A stretch of DNA of 64,000 bases from IMG/VR virus record IMGVR_UViG_3300042691_027833, positions 3,491 through 67,490 of that record, one strand, 5' to 3'. Shown piece by piece: positions 18,258-27,724 of the stretch. A program made the translations under genes and the position numbers. Source of the DNA: a virus. Below the pieces are notes generated by a model, which had not been told where the DNA came from, did not search any database, and was given only the letters and a program-made list of their open reading frames with translations. Every line of letters begins with the position of its first letter. Within the stretch, counting starts at the first letter, position 1.

Positions 18258-19181
18258 ATGCCTAAATTTACTCCTAAAACACTCTATGATATGTACTCTC
18301 ATGGTTTTTCTGGTTGTATTGATGAACCAGAACACCTAGAAAAACTAATGAGTAAATTAAAGTATCCTTACTTTAGTGATGCTAATTTTCAAATTCAAGA
18401 TACTGGAAAGGGTAAACTTAGCACACCATTTAAATCAGTATTAAGATTTGATAAGCTAGCCTACGAAGAGAGACAAACTACTGGAGATTGCGTAAGCCAT
18501 GGAACTAGAAATGCAGTAGATATTACTAGAGCCATAGAAATTCATGTACATCATGAAAGAGAAGCATGGATTGCTAGAGGAGCTACTGAAGCTATATATG
18601 GTAGTAGAGGTCACGGTGGACAAGGTATGAGTTGTTCTAGGGCCGCTGAGTTCGTTAGTAAACTAGGTGGTGTTTTAGTTAGAAAAAATTATGATGATGT
18701 TATCGATCTATCTAAATACGATAGTTCTATTGGTTCCAGATGGGGTAGTAGTGGTGTGCCAGACAGTGTTAAAAAACTAGCACAAAAACACCAAGTTAAA
18801 ACTATTAGTAATATTCGTACCATTGAAGAAGCTAGAGATGCTTTAGCTAATGGCTATGGAATAAATGTGTGTTCGGGTTATGGATTTTCTAGAACTAGAA
18901 ATGAAAAGGGAATTGCTAGTCCTAGTGGTAGTTGGGCGCACGCGATGGCATGGATCGCTTGTGATGATACTGGTAGTGAACCATTATTTTTAGTACAGAA
19001 TAGTTGGGGTAAGTGGAATAGTGGTGGACATCCAGATTGGGGCAAGATTCCAGACGGTTCTTTTTTAATTACCGCAGATGTTGCTGCTGGTATGCTAAGA
19101 GGTGGTGGTGCCTTTGCTTTTAGTGCTTTTGATGGTTTTCCTTTACAAAAACTCCCAGACTATGGATTTGATTACCTATGA
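18258..19181 (+). CDS. Papain-like (C1) cysteine peptidase
   Basis: QTTGDCVSHG (Gln/Cys), WAHAM (His), QNSWG (Asn). Confidence 0.85.
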   Translation: MPKFTPKTLYDMYSHGFSGCIDEPEHLEKLMSKLKYPYFSDANFQIQDTGKGKLSTPFKSVLRFDKLAYEERQTTGDCVSHGTRNAVDITRAIEIHVHHEREAWIARGATEAIYGSRGHGGQGMSCSRAAEFVSKLGGVLVRKNYDDVIDLSKYDSSIGSRWGSSGVPDSVKKLAQKHQVKTISNIRTIEEARDALANGYGINVCSGYGFSRTRNEKGIASPSGSWAHAMAWIACDDTGSEPLFLVQNSWGKWNSGGHPDWGKIPDGSFLITADVAAGMLRGGGAFAFSAFDGFPLQKLPDYGFDYL

Positions 19182-19360
19182 ATATATTAGATAAAATCGC
19201 ATTAAATAGATTAATTAAAATTATTACCAGTTTTATCTTAGGTGTATTAAAGATTTTACAGCCACACGTTACAAACGATAACGTGCCAAATGTTAACAAG
19301 CCTAAGTTTCCTTGGATTAGAAATAAAATTGATTCTATAACAAAAAAGACAAAAAAATGA
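19178..19360 (+). CDS. Small hypothetical protein
   Basis: ATGA-coupled on both sides. Confidence 0.55.
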   Translation: MNILDKIALNRLIKIITSFILGVLKILQPHVTNDNVPNVNKPKFPWIRNKIDSITKKTKK

Positions 19361-19602
19361 CAAGAAAAACTTTGCTGGTTATACTTCTTCTATCACTTAC
19401 CTGTTTAGCAGCTTGTCGCCGTCAAACTTATGATGGTGGTAGTCTTGCTGTGGTAACTATGGTAGGTGCGCACATTAAAGCTCGTGATATTCCTATAGTC
19501 ACAAAATATGCAAGAAAAGACTGCCCAGTTTGTAAAGGTACGGGTAAATATTTGAGTGGCGACGGTATTAAAGAAGTAGATTGCGGCTATTGTGAACCAT
19601 AA
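19357..19602 (+). CDS. Putative lipoprotein/exported protein with DnaJ-type Zn finger
   Basis: Signal peptide with LAAC lipobox; CPVCKGTG...CGYC. Confidence 0.6.
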   Translation: MTRKTLLVILLLSLTCLAACRRQTYDGGSLAVVTMVGAHIKARDIPIVTKYARKDCPVCKGTGKYLSGDGIKEVDCGYCEP

Positions 19603-19619
19603 TAATAAAGGCAAAATAT

Positions 19620-20033
19620 ATGTCACAAAATGAAAAACTAGAACTAATAGCAGCTAAAGTTATGAATAAAATGAATATTCAAGACAAGTTGCCTAGCAAT
19701 TTGTATAATAAAAATTCTCAAAGTATTATTCTTATACTAATGATTATTGGTATTGTATTGTCTTTAATTCGTATTATACAAGAATGCAATAAGAATAAAT
19801 TACGAGGACTCAACAGAAACAAACAAGCAGAAGCGATGCAAAAAGAAGTAGCGACCATATGCATTAAGAAAAATTTATTGACTATGTGGAGATTAAATAA
19901 AATTATCAAACAAAAACTATCTCCGGAAGATTACAAGCTCTATGGTTCTGAACTTAAAAAAGCTATTATGGAAACTGGTCCAGAACTCACGGAGGATGAA
20001 ATTATTACTTTAGTGGAGGCATCCGATGTTTAG
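19620..20033 (+). CDS. Membrane protein
   Basis: TM helix IILILMIIGIVLSLI. Confidence 0.6.
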   Translation: MSQNEKLELIAAKVMNKMNIQDKLPSNLYNKNSQSIILILMIIGIVLSLIRIIQECNKNKLRGLNRNKQAEAMQKEVATICIKKNLLTMWRLNKIIKQKLSPEDYKLYGSELKKAIMETGPELTEDEIITLVEASDV

Positions 20034-20277
20034 TATATTAATGTGGTGTGTATATGGCGTTATGGTAGGCTCTATTGCTAAGTCTATAGTGCCCGGCGAA
20101 GAAAGATTTGGTTTTCTACAAACCATAGCTTTAGGAGTCGCTGGTTCATATACGGGTGGAGCGATTCTATACCTACTAGGACAATATTCTGCTGTTTCTC
20201 CAGCGGGTATTTTAATGGGTATTGTTGGTTCTGTTATAGCATTGATGGTCTATAACAAAATCACAGCCAACAAGTAA
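20026..20277 (+). CDS. GlsB/YeaQ/YmgE (transglycosylase-associated) membrane protein
   Basis: W..G..G.IAK.IVPG...TIALGVAGS..GG...GIVGSVI. Confidence 0.85.
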   Translation: MFSILMWCVYGVMVGSIAKSIVPGEERFGFLQTIALGVAGSYTGGAILYLLGQYSAVSPAGILMGIVGSVIALMVYNKITANK

Positions 20278-20285
20278 TCCAACGC

Positions 20286-20314
20286 TTGACTTATTTCTGT
20301 CGGGGTGTTAGAAT
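20286..20314 (+). promoter_or_regulatory. Sigma-70-type promoter
   Basis: TTGACT-17nt-TAGAAT with extended -10 TG. Confidence 0.75.
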
Positions 20315-20337
20315 AGTCTATCACCCAAGAGGAAAAA

Positions 20338-20805
20338 ATGAGACCAGCGTGGACGGATTATTTCTTAGGATTAGCTAAAGTTGTGTCTCAACGTAGTCAC
20401 GATGTTCATACGCAGCATGGCTGTGTTATTACAGATAAAAAGCATCGTATATTAGGAGTAGGATACAATGGATTTCCAAGGAATATGCCGGATAATATTC
20501 TTCCTCTAGACAGACCGGCTAAATATAAATGGATGATACACGCAGAAAGAAATGCCCTTAGTAATTGTGTGGTTAGGCCAGATAATGGAACCGCATATGT
20601 ATCAGGGCAGTGCTGTAATGATTGTATCATGGCACTATGGCAAGAAGGCATTGATACTGTAGTTATGTCAGATAATCATGGAACTGTTTTATTTGATGAA
20701 TCAGAACAAAAAATATTTGATACATTTACACAAAATAGTGGTATCAAAATCATCAGGATAGCACCGGATCTTTCGTGGATTAAAAATTTGTGTGGTGTAT
20801 TGTAG
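20338..20805 (+). CDS. dCMP deaminase
   Basis: RP.W..YF, GYNG, HAERNA, CCNDC (Zn ligands). Confidence 0.9.
   Translation: MRPAWTDYFLGLAKVVSQRSHDVHTQHGCVITDKKHRILGVGYNGFPRNMPDNILPLDRPAKYKWMIHAERNALSNCVVRPDNGTAYVSGQCCNDCIMALWQEGIDTVVMSDNHGTVLFDESEQKIFDTFTQNSGIKIIRIAPDLSWIKNLCGVL
20794..20804 (+). promoter_or_regulatory. Putative phage-specific promoter motif GGTGTATnnTA
   Basis: Overlaps the deaminase stop codon, upstream of nrdJ. Confidence 0.45.
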
Positions 20806-20925
20806 TATACAATGATGACGTTTTATTACTCTTATTGTCGGTGACGCCACAAAAATGATCGAATCCATCTCTAATATTAGTCACCACTCTTTCAAGATCA
20901 ATTAATTAAGTTACAAGGAGAAAAT

Positions 20926-23121
20926 ATGTCGGCTCTACAAGAATTGCAAAATTATACTTTCGTTAGTAAGTATGCTCGTTGGCTAGAAGATAAAAATCGT
21001 AGAGAGACTTGGAAAGAGGCGGTTGAAAGAGTAAAGAATATGATGCATACTATGTATGCTGACAAGGAAATCTCTGAGGAGATTGAATGGGCATATGATA
21101 TGATGTACAAGAAAAAGGTATTAGGTTCTCAACGAGCCTTACAGTTTGGTGGAGATCCTATCCTAAAGAGACACGCAAAGATTTATAACTGCACAAGTTC
21201 TTATTGTGATAGACTAAGATTTTTTCAAGAGTGTTTTTGGCTATTGCTCTGTGGTAGTGGTACTGGATTTAGTGTACAAAAGCACCATGTTTCCAAGCTC
21301 CCAACACTAGAACACAATGTAGAACAAAACGACCAAGCATCAAAATATGTAATCGAAGATAGTATCGAAGGATGGGCTAATGCTTTAGGTGTGCTATTAA
21401 GTTCATATTTTAGTAAGCCAATCGAAGAATTTAAATCTTATAAGAACACATATGTTATTTTTGATTACTCCAATATTAGAGCCAAAGGTTCTTCTCTCGC
21501 TAGTGGTGTTGGCAAGGCCCCAGGGTTTGAGCCACTGCAAAAGGGACTAGAAAAAATTAGAGCCTTATTGGATCGTTGCGTAGCCAACGGTCAGAAAAAA
21601 CTAAGACCAATCGACGCATATGATATTGTGATGCATAGTAGTGATGCTGTTTTGAGTGGTGGTGTTCGTCGCTCTGCTAGTTTAGCACTATTTAGTCCAG
21701 ATGATGAAGAAATGGCCAAAGCCAAAACAGGTAACTGGTATATCGAAAATCCTCAAAGGGCCAGAAGTAATAACTCGGCGCTGCTTCTAAAGAACGAAAC
21801 AACATTTGAAGAATTTAAGATTCTTATGGAAAGCGTTAAAGAGTTTGGAGAACCAGGATTTATTTGGAGTGAGTCCACAGAAATGATTTTTAATCCATGT
21901 GTGGAAATTGGTATGTGGCCAGTTGATGAAGAGAGTGGCAAGAGCGGATGGCAGGGATGTAATCTGTCAACTATAAACTGCTCTAGTGTTACTGACGAAG
22001 ATGATTTTTATGAAAGGTGCAGAGCCGCATCAATTATTGGTACTTTACAGGCTGGCTTTACTAAGCTTGCTTATCTCGGTGATATTAGCGAAAAGATTTT
22101 TGATAGAGAAGCCTTGTTGGGAGTATCACTTACAGGCACAATGGAAAAGCATGATCTTGTACTCACAGAAAAGGTCTTAACCAAGGGGGCAAAGATTGCT
22201 GTTGATACTAATAAGCAACTAGCTAAAAAGATCAATATTAATCAAGCCGCTAGAGTTACATGCCTAAAACCAGAGGGTACTAGTAGTAGTATGCTTGGCA
22301 CAAGTTCTGGCATCCATCCCCACCATGCTAAACGCTATATTCGCCATGTACAGGCCAATATTTTAGAGGCACCATACCAGCACTTCAAAAAGTTAAATCC
22401 ACAAGCTTGTGAACTATCGTCGTGGTCAGCAAACAACACGGACGAAGTAATCAAATTTCCGATAGAGGTTCCAGACGGAGCAAAACTAAAGAATCAACTA
22501 CCGGCGGTAGAAATGCTCGCTGTTGTCAAAGAAACACAAAAGAATTGGGTCAATTCTGGTAAGAACAGAGCATTATGCACACAGGAGTATCTAAGTCATA
22601 ATGTAAGCAATACTGTTACTGTAAAGCCAGACGAATGGGATGAAGTTACAAAGTATATCTATGATAATAGAAAATATTTTGCTGGTATAAGTCTCATTCC
22701 ACAAAGCGGAGATAAAGACTATCCACAAGCACCATTTACTACCGTTTATACGAGTAGAGAGATTGTTAAAGAGTACGGCGATGCTGCTCTATGGTGTTCT
22801 GGACTTATTGAATTAGGTCTTAATGCCTTTAATAATAATCTATGGGCCGCTTGTGATTATGTATCTTTAAACCAAGCTAAAGAAAATGATAGCCAAGATA
22901 AGCTATTATTTGTAACCAAAATGAAAAATTTTGCTGGTAAGTATTTTGATGGAGACGTCAAGAGACTTACATATTGTATGAAAGATGTATATAATTGGAA
23001 GATCTATTGTGATCTATTTAACAGTTTCAAAAAGGTTGATTATACGCAACTATCGGAAACAGAGGACAATACGACTGGGATAGAGGAAATTAGTTGTGCG
23101 GGCGGTGCTTGTCTAATCTAA
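20926..23121 (+). CDS. nrdJ: Class II (adenosylcobalamin-dependent) ribonucleotide reductase, RTPR-like
   Basis: KYAR...RETW, YNC, GSGTGFSV, GGVRRSA, GEPG, NPCVE, GCNL, KPEGTSS, C-terminal CAGGAC; no small-subunit gene nearby. Confidence 0.88.
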   Translation: MSALQELQNYTFVSKYARWLEDKNRRETWKEAVERVKNMMHTMYADKEISEEIEWAYDMMYKKKVLGSQRALQFGGDPILKRHAKIYNCTSSYCDRLRFFQECFWLLLCGSGTGFSVQKHHVSKLPTLEHNVEQNDQASKYVIEDSIEGWANALGVLLSSYFSKPIEEFKSYKNTYVIFDYSNIRAKGSSLASGVGKAPGFEPLQKGLEKIRALLDRCVANGQKKLRPIDAYDIVMHSSDAVLSGGVRRSASLALFSPDDEEMAKAKTGNWYIENPQRARSNNSALLLKNETTFEEFKILMESVKEFGEPGFIWSESTEMIFNPCVEIGMWPVDEESGKSGWQGCNLSTINCSSVTDEDDFYERCRAASIIGTLQAGFTKLAYLGDISEKIFDREALLGVSLTGTMEKHDLVLTEKVLTKGAKIAVDTNKQLAKKININQAARVTCLKPEGTSSSMLGTSSGIHPHHAKRYIRHVQANILEAPYQHFKKLNPQACELSSWSANNTDEVIKFPIEVPDGAKLKNQLPAVEMLAVVKETQKNWVNSGKNRALCTQEYLSHNVSNTVTVKPDEWDEVTKYIYDNRKYFAGISLIPQSGDKDYPQAPFTTVYTSREIVKEYGDAALWCSGLIELGLNAFNNNLWAACDYVSLNQAKENDSQDKLLFVTKMKNFAGKYFDGDVKRLTYCMKDVYNWKIYCDLFNSFKKVDYTQLSETEDNTTGIEEISCAGGACLI

Positions 23122-23149
23122 TTTAAACTCTACTAGTAAAGGGTCCACA

Positions 23150-23887
23150 TTGAGAAAAAAACAATCAAAAAAGAAAAACAGATCCCCTATTGATATTACC
23201 AATAATCTTGAAATAGTTACACCATATAGTGGTTTTAGAAATAGGCTCAAACCTAGAACAGAAAACCAAAAAAACTATATTAGAACTATTGCTGAAAATG
23301 GTATTACATTTTGTCAGGGATTAGCTGGTAGTGGTAAAACACATATCGCTATAGGTATGGCTCTGGAATATCTTCTTGAAGAGAAAGTTAAAAAAATTAT
23401 TATAACCAGACCAGTGTTAGAGGCTGGCGAAAAAATTGGATATTTACCAGGAACAGCAGAAGAAAAATTACACCCTTATCTACTGCCTATTCTGGACGAA
23501 ATTAACCACTTTATTTCCCCTGCTCTATACGCTAGTTTAAAACTTAACAATAAGATTGAAGTAGTTCCACTTGGCTTAATGAGAGGTCGCAATTTTCATG
23601 ACAGTTTTATTGTGGCAGATGAATGCCAGAATGCCTCATATGACCAACTTAAAATGTTGTTGACCAGAATTGGCAGAGAAAGTAAAATGGTTTTAACTGG
23701 TGATATAGGACAATCAGATCTATCTAGACATTTGCGTGGAGGTTTCCTAAGCATGATACAATATCTAGATGGTATCGATAATATAGGATTTTCTGTTCTA
23801 GAATCTGTTGATATAGTCAGAAATCCGATTATAGCAGCAATTATTTCTAGACTAGAATCTTATGAAAGACAAAACGAATCATCGTAG
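23150..23887 (+). CDS. phoH: PhoH-family ATPase
   Basis: GLAGSGKT, RP..EAGE.IGYLPG, MRGR, DECQN, TRIG, GD..QSD. Confidence 0.95.
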   Translation: MRKKQSKKKNRSPIDITNNLEIVTPYSGFRNRLKPRTENQKNYIRTIAENGITFCQGLAGSGKTHIAIGMALEYLLEEKVKKIIITRPVLEAGEKIGYLPGTAEEKLHPYLLPILDEINHFISPALYASLKLNNKIEVVPLGLMRGRNFHDSFIVADECQNASYDQLKMLLTRIGRESKMVLTGDIGQSDLSRHLRGGFLSMIQYLDGIDNIGFSVLESVDIVRNPIIAAIISRLESYERQNESS

Positions 23888-24467
23888 GTGTTTATTACTA
23901 AATGCTGATTTTTCACCACTACGTATTATCTCATGGCAGAGGGCTATAGTATGGTCCTTAAAGTATGAGACAGATACGGAGTACTCTATTGAAATTTTAG
24001 CACATTACAAAGATGACTTTATTAAATGCTCGGGCGGACAACAATATCCAATTCCGGCCGTAGCAAAAACAAGTCATTATTTTGATGTCTATAAAAGAAA
24101 TATTAATTTCTCTAGAAAAAATCTATTTATTAGAGATAATTTTACTTGTCAATATTGTGGAATTCAATATGCTCAAAACCAATTAACATACGATCATGTT
24201 GTACCTAAGTCTAGACATATAGGTAATAAAAAGCTATCTACTAACTGGACAAATATAGTTACAGCTTGCGTAAAATGTAATGCTAAAAAAGCCAATAAGA
24301 CGCCAGAAGAAGCTAATATGGCATTATTAAAAGAGCCAGTACAGCCCAAGTATTCTACTTTGTACTTGCCTTGGCACAAGGATTTGATTAGTATAGGTAT
24401 ATCTCACGCTTCTTACGCGGAATGGGAACCATTTATAGGACATCTTAGAAATGAAAATCGACATTAA
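23862..24467 (+). CDS. HNH endonuclease (McrA-like)
   Basis: LLLNAD..PL, RDNFTCQYCG, TYDHVVPKS, WTNIVTACVKCNAKK. Confidence 0.9.
   Translation: MKDKTNHRRCLLLNADFSPLRIISWQRAIVWSLKYETDTEYSIEILAHYKDDFIKCSGGQQYPIPAVAKTSHYFDVYKRNINFSRKNLFIRDNFTCQYCGIQYAQNQLTYDHVVPKSRHIGNKKLSTNWTNIVTACVKCNAKKANKTPEEANMALLKEPVQPKYSTLYLPWHKDLISIGISHASYAEWEPFIGHLRNENRH
24366..24394 (+). promoter_or_regulatory. Possible sigma-70-type promoter
   Basis: TTGCCT-17nt-TAGTAT upstream of 24451. Confidence 0.4.
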
Positions 24468-24858
24468 TGACTTTAACATAAAGCACAAATCTGCGGACGC
24501 TTATTATTTTACAACATCAGATCATGCAGAATTTAAGGATGAAGAAGATAACTTTCAAACATTAAAAGAGACAGATCAGACATACGCGAAAAAGATCAAG
24601 AATAAGCTAGCTCGTAATATGTTAGATCCAGATAATTTTGCATTCTTTGTAAGAAGCTCACCAAATAAGAAATTGCATGATCCTTTTGAACTTCATTCAT
24701 CTGTTAAGGACAAGCAACTATATAGTGCAGTAAATAAGGTTTGCAAAACAACCGATTCCTTTATACAAGTTCCTGAGACAATATTTAATCAATATGTTAC
24801 ATTTCTGAAGACTAATAACAGAAAACTATTTACTAAAACTCAGCGAGAGGTTGGTTGA
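24451..24858 (+). CDS. Hypothetical protein (paralogue of 25578..25967)
   Basis: Shared YAKK, FFVR, L..P, F..Y.TFL.T.N and RE motifs. Confidence 0.65.
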   Translation: MKIDINDFNIKHKSADAYYFTTSDHAEFKDEEDNFQTLKETDQTYAKKIKNKLARNMLDPDNFAFFVRSSPNKKLHDPFELHSSVKDKQLYSAVNKVCKTTDSFIQVPETIFNQYVTFLKTNNRKLFTKTQREVG

Positions 24859-25202
24859 TGCCGAGTTATACGTTTATTTGTGATGACTGCAACAATAAGT
24901 TTGAGCTATTTCTAACTTTTGCTCAATACTCAGACACTCAGGTTTGTGTATCGTGTGGCAGCAAACATACTCATCGCTCTTATGCGGATGATTTAACCAA
25001 TGTGTCTGGTTCTGTAATTAAATCCGACGGAGAACTTAAACTAGGAGATCTAGCCAACAGAAATCGAGATAGGCTAAGTCAGGACGAAAAAGATTACTTG
25101 CACCACAAACATAACGCATATAAAGATCAAAACCTAGAAAAACAATTACCAAAGGGCATGAGTAGACTTAAAAAACAACCCAAAATACAGTGGCCAAAAT
25201 GA
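24858..25202 (+). CDS. FmdB-family zinc-ribbon protein
   Basis: MPSYTFICDDCNNKFE...CVSCGS. Confidence 0.8.
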   Translation: MPSYTFICDDCNNKFELFLTFAQYSDTQVCVSCGSKHTHRSYADDLTNVSGSVIKSDGELKLGDLANRNRDRLSQDEKDYLHHKHNAYKDQNLEKQLPKGMSRLKKQPKIQWPK

Positions 25203-25585
25203 CAGAATCCAACGAACAACTAAACGAAGAATATATAGAACTTATTAAGAATATGAAAGACCTACATCCTGATAGTATTAAGGATGTATTGGGAATGGCT
25301 TCCGCCCAATATGGAGAAATTTTTGAGGATCAAGCCAAGCTAACAACAGCCCCACACGAAATATTGATTAAGGTTAATGCCAATGTGTTAGAACAAAACG
25401 AAAAGGGTGAGTATGTTGGCTCTAAAGGAATGTTCGAACAAAACTATCACATTCCCGTACCAACGGGTGTTGTATACGGAGACTATGTGGACTCATTTTT
25501 TGGCTTCATAAAAGAAGCAATTATAGATACCATCAATAAAACAGATAATAGGACCCAAGACACAAAGGACACATCCGATGCATGA
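25199..25585 (+). CDS. Hypothetical protein
   Basis: ATGA-coupled ORF. Confidence 0.6.
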   Translation: MTESNEQLNEEYIELIKNMKDLHPDSIKDVLGMASAQYGEIFEDQAKLTTAPHEILIKVNANVLEQNEKGEYVGSKGMFEQNYHIPVPTGVVYGDYVDSFFGFIKEAIIDTINKTDNRTQDTKDTSDA

Positions 25586-25967
25586 AGATTTATCTAACGC
25601 AATCTTTGCGATAAACAGCAAATCTAAAACAGAAAAAAATATTTTCTATACTATTAAAGCACACTCAAAGACTGTCGATGACAGTGGAAACAGCCTGTCA
25701 GATCACGACTCAGAGTATGTTTATGCTAAAAAATTACATCTTCAAAATAGATGGAAATTCTTTGTAAGAATAGATGAGAATAATATGCTGTATAACCCAT
25801 ACAATATATATGGTAATGTTAATTCTAAGAAGAATCTTATTAATAAATCTAATGAGCCTAAAGTGAAGTTTAAGGAAACTAGCCATAATTTATTTGAAAT
25901 GTATTTGACATTTTTGCAAACACAAAATATGTCTATCTATAATAACATAAACAGGGAGATGGTTTAA
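25578..25967 (+). CDS. Hypothetical protein (paralogue of 24451..24858)
   Basis: See paralogue; AAGGA RBS. Confidence 0.65.
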   Translation: MHEDLSNAIFAINSKSKTEKNIFYTIKAHSKTVDDSGNSLSDHDSEYVYAKKLHLQNRWKFFVRIDENNMLYNPYNIYGNVNSKKNLINKSNEPKVKFKETSHNLFEMYLTFLQTQNMSIYNNINREMV

Positions 25968-26272
25968 TGTCTAAAAAAATATCCAACACAACATCTTATG
26001 CTATACAGTGGCTTAACCACAAAAAGGTTCCAGTTGCAGACATAGCCAAAGAACTTAATATATCAGAAGAATCTGTTAGTGCTGCATTGGCAGAAACCAC
26101 AGAAGAAAAGGCTAGTAGAATTAGTAAGTTGATGATTTCAGAAACAGCAGGAAAAAGAAATAAGGGTGTGGCCATAATGACAAAAGAGGCATCTTTTTTG
26201 TCTGACGAAGTAGCTAAAAAGACTACTAAAGGAAATAATAACAACACCAATATTTTTAGACCTAGAGGCTGA
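25967..26272 (+). CDS. HTH DNA-binding protein
   Basis: YAIQWL...VADIAKELNISEESV. Confidence 0.65.
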   Translation: MSKKISNTTSYAIQWLNHKKVPVADIAKELNISEESVSAALAETTEEKASRISKLMISETAGKRNKGVAIMTKEASFLSDEVAKKTTKGNNNNTNIFRPRG

Positions 26273-26289
26273 TTAACTTAATCATATTT

Positions 26290-26712
26290 ATGTCGGACAC
26301 CTATATATCAAAGTACTCCAATAATAAGGAAGTATCTGCGGCTCAATATATAACTGAAATCATCTGTGAACATCAAGCAATAAGAAATAAAAAAGATTTA
26401 CACTTTAGATTTTGGGTATCTGATGAGTGGGCTGTATATTTTAGAAATCAAATATCATCAGCACATAAACTGCTTAAAAAATATTCTTCGAAGGCTATCG
26501 TGTTGGCACTAAAAGATAAGGACGCAGCCAAAATATATTCCTTGCGAGCGCCGCACCTTCTGCCTATCATAGACAGATATCAAAAGATTGTAGATGCAGA
26601 AAACAAGACATTATCTATACAATTAAATCGATCTGATAATGTTAAATATAAAACTACAACACCAAGTAAAAAAGGCATCATTTCAAAGCTCAAGGAATTA
26701 GATAATGAGTAG
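26290..26712 (+). CDS. Hypothetical protein
   Basis: ORF preceding the recombinase. Confidence 0.6.
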   Translation: MSDTYISKYSNNKEVSAAQYITEIICEHQAIRNKKDLHFRFWVSDEWAVYFRNQISSAHKLLKKYSSKAIVLALKDKDAAKIYSLRAPHLLPIIDRYQKIVDAENKTLSIQLNRSDNVKYKTTTPSKKGIISKLKELDNE

Positions 26713-27724
26713 TAGTATAAAAACAGAAGTCAAAAAAGATTTTGGCGATGATATAATTTTATCCGGTAATTCTATCGTTGATAGAAAAGTAGTAGTTATA
26801 CCGGTTAGTCCGTCTCTAGATATGATATTGAGCGGTGGTGTGCCAGAGGGTAGTTTCGTAGTTCTAACCGGACAACCTAAATGTGGTAAAACTGTTACAT
26901 CACTGGACTTTGCTGCTACGGCACAGAAGCCAGAATACCAAGGCAATCTTAAGGCACCTAGAGAAGTGTATTACCTAAATATTGAAGGTAGAATTAAAAA
27001 GCGTGACCTAGAAGGTATCAAGGGATTGGATCTAAATAGATTTCATGTAATAGGTAGTCAGCAGGGTAAAATATTACACGCAGAAGAATATCTACAAATA
27101 GCTGAAAAAATTATTAATCAAGAACCCGGATGCGTACTCATCATAGACTCGTATTCTGCACTATGTACAGAAGCAGAAATTACAAGTGATATGGACAAGA
27201 TGCAAAGAGCAGACGGGGCTAAGTTATTAGCTAAGTTTTGTCGTAAAGTTGCCAACGTTATTCCGGTCAATAAGAATATTGTTATTGGTATTACTCACTT
27301 AATGGGCAATCCAACTGGTTATGGTGCAGAGTTTAAGGAAAAGAGTGGTCAGGCAATCGCCTATCAAACTGACATCAAGCTCCGAGCCAAAACTTTTAAA
27401 CCGTGGACAACTGGGGCAGATGGTACGCAAATAGGACAGGAAGTAGAGTGGCAAGTGGTGTGTTCTGCATTGGGACCTCCGGGCGCTACAACTACCAGTT
27501 ATATTAGATATGGCCAAGGTATAGATAAATATACAGAAATTATCAATATAGCATCAGATATAGGTATTATTAATAAGGGTGGTGCTTGGTACACGCTAAC
27601 ATCCGAAAAAGATAGTCCTAAATTCCAGGGAGTAGAAAAGGTAAGAGCGTATCTATTAGAGAATTCTGCTGCGTATGATAATCTGGTCAAATCTGTTAAA
27701 GATACTATGGGCATTAAAACATGA
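26705..27724 (+). CDS. RecA/UvsX-like recombinase
   Basis: SPSLD..L.GGVPEG, Walker A GQPKCGKT, IIDS, GID, GAWY. Confidence 0.88.
   Translation: MSSSIKTEVKKDFGDDIILSGNSIVDRKVVVIPVSPSLDMILSGGVPEGSFVVLTGQPKCGKTVTSLDFAATAQKPEYQGNLKAPREVYYLNIEGRIKKRDLEGIKGLDLNRFHVIGSQQGKILHAEEYLQIAEKIINQEPGCVLIIDSYSALCTEAEITSDMDKMQRADGAKLLAKFCRKVANVIPVNKNIVIGITHLMGNPTGYGAEFKEKSGQAIAYQTDIKLRAKTFKPWTTGADGTQIGQEVEWQVVCSALGPPGATTTSYIRYGQGIDKYTEIINIASDIGIINKGGAWYTLTSEKDSPKFQGVEKVRAYLLENSAAYDNLVKSVKDTMGIKT

Noticed and set aside
20926-23121. Intein or intron in RNR (also looked for in DnaB and RecA-like genes)
   Set aside because: Lengths and motif spacing are continuous, with no insertion evident.
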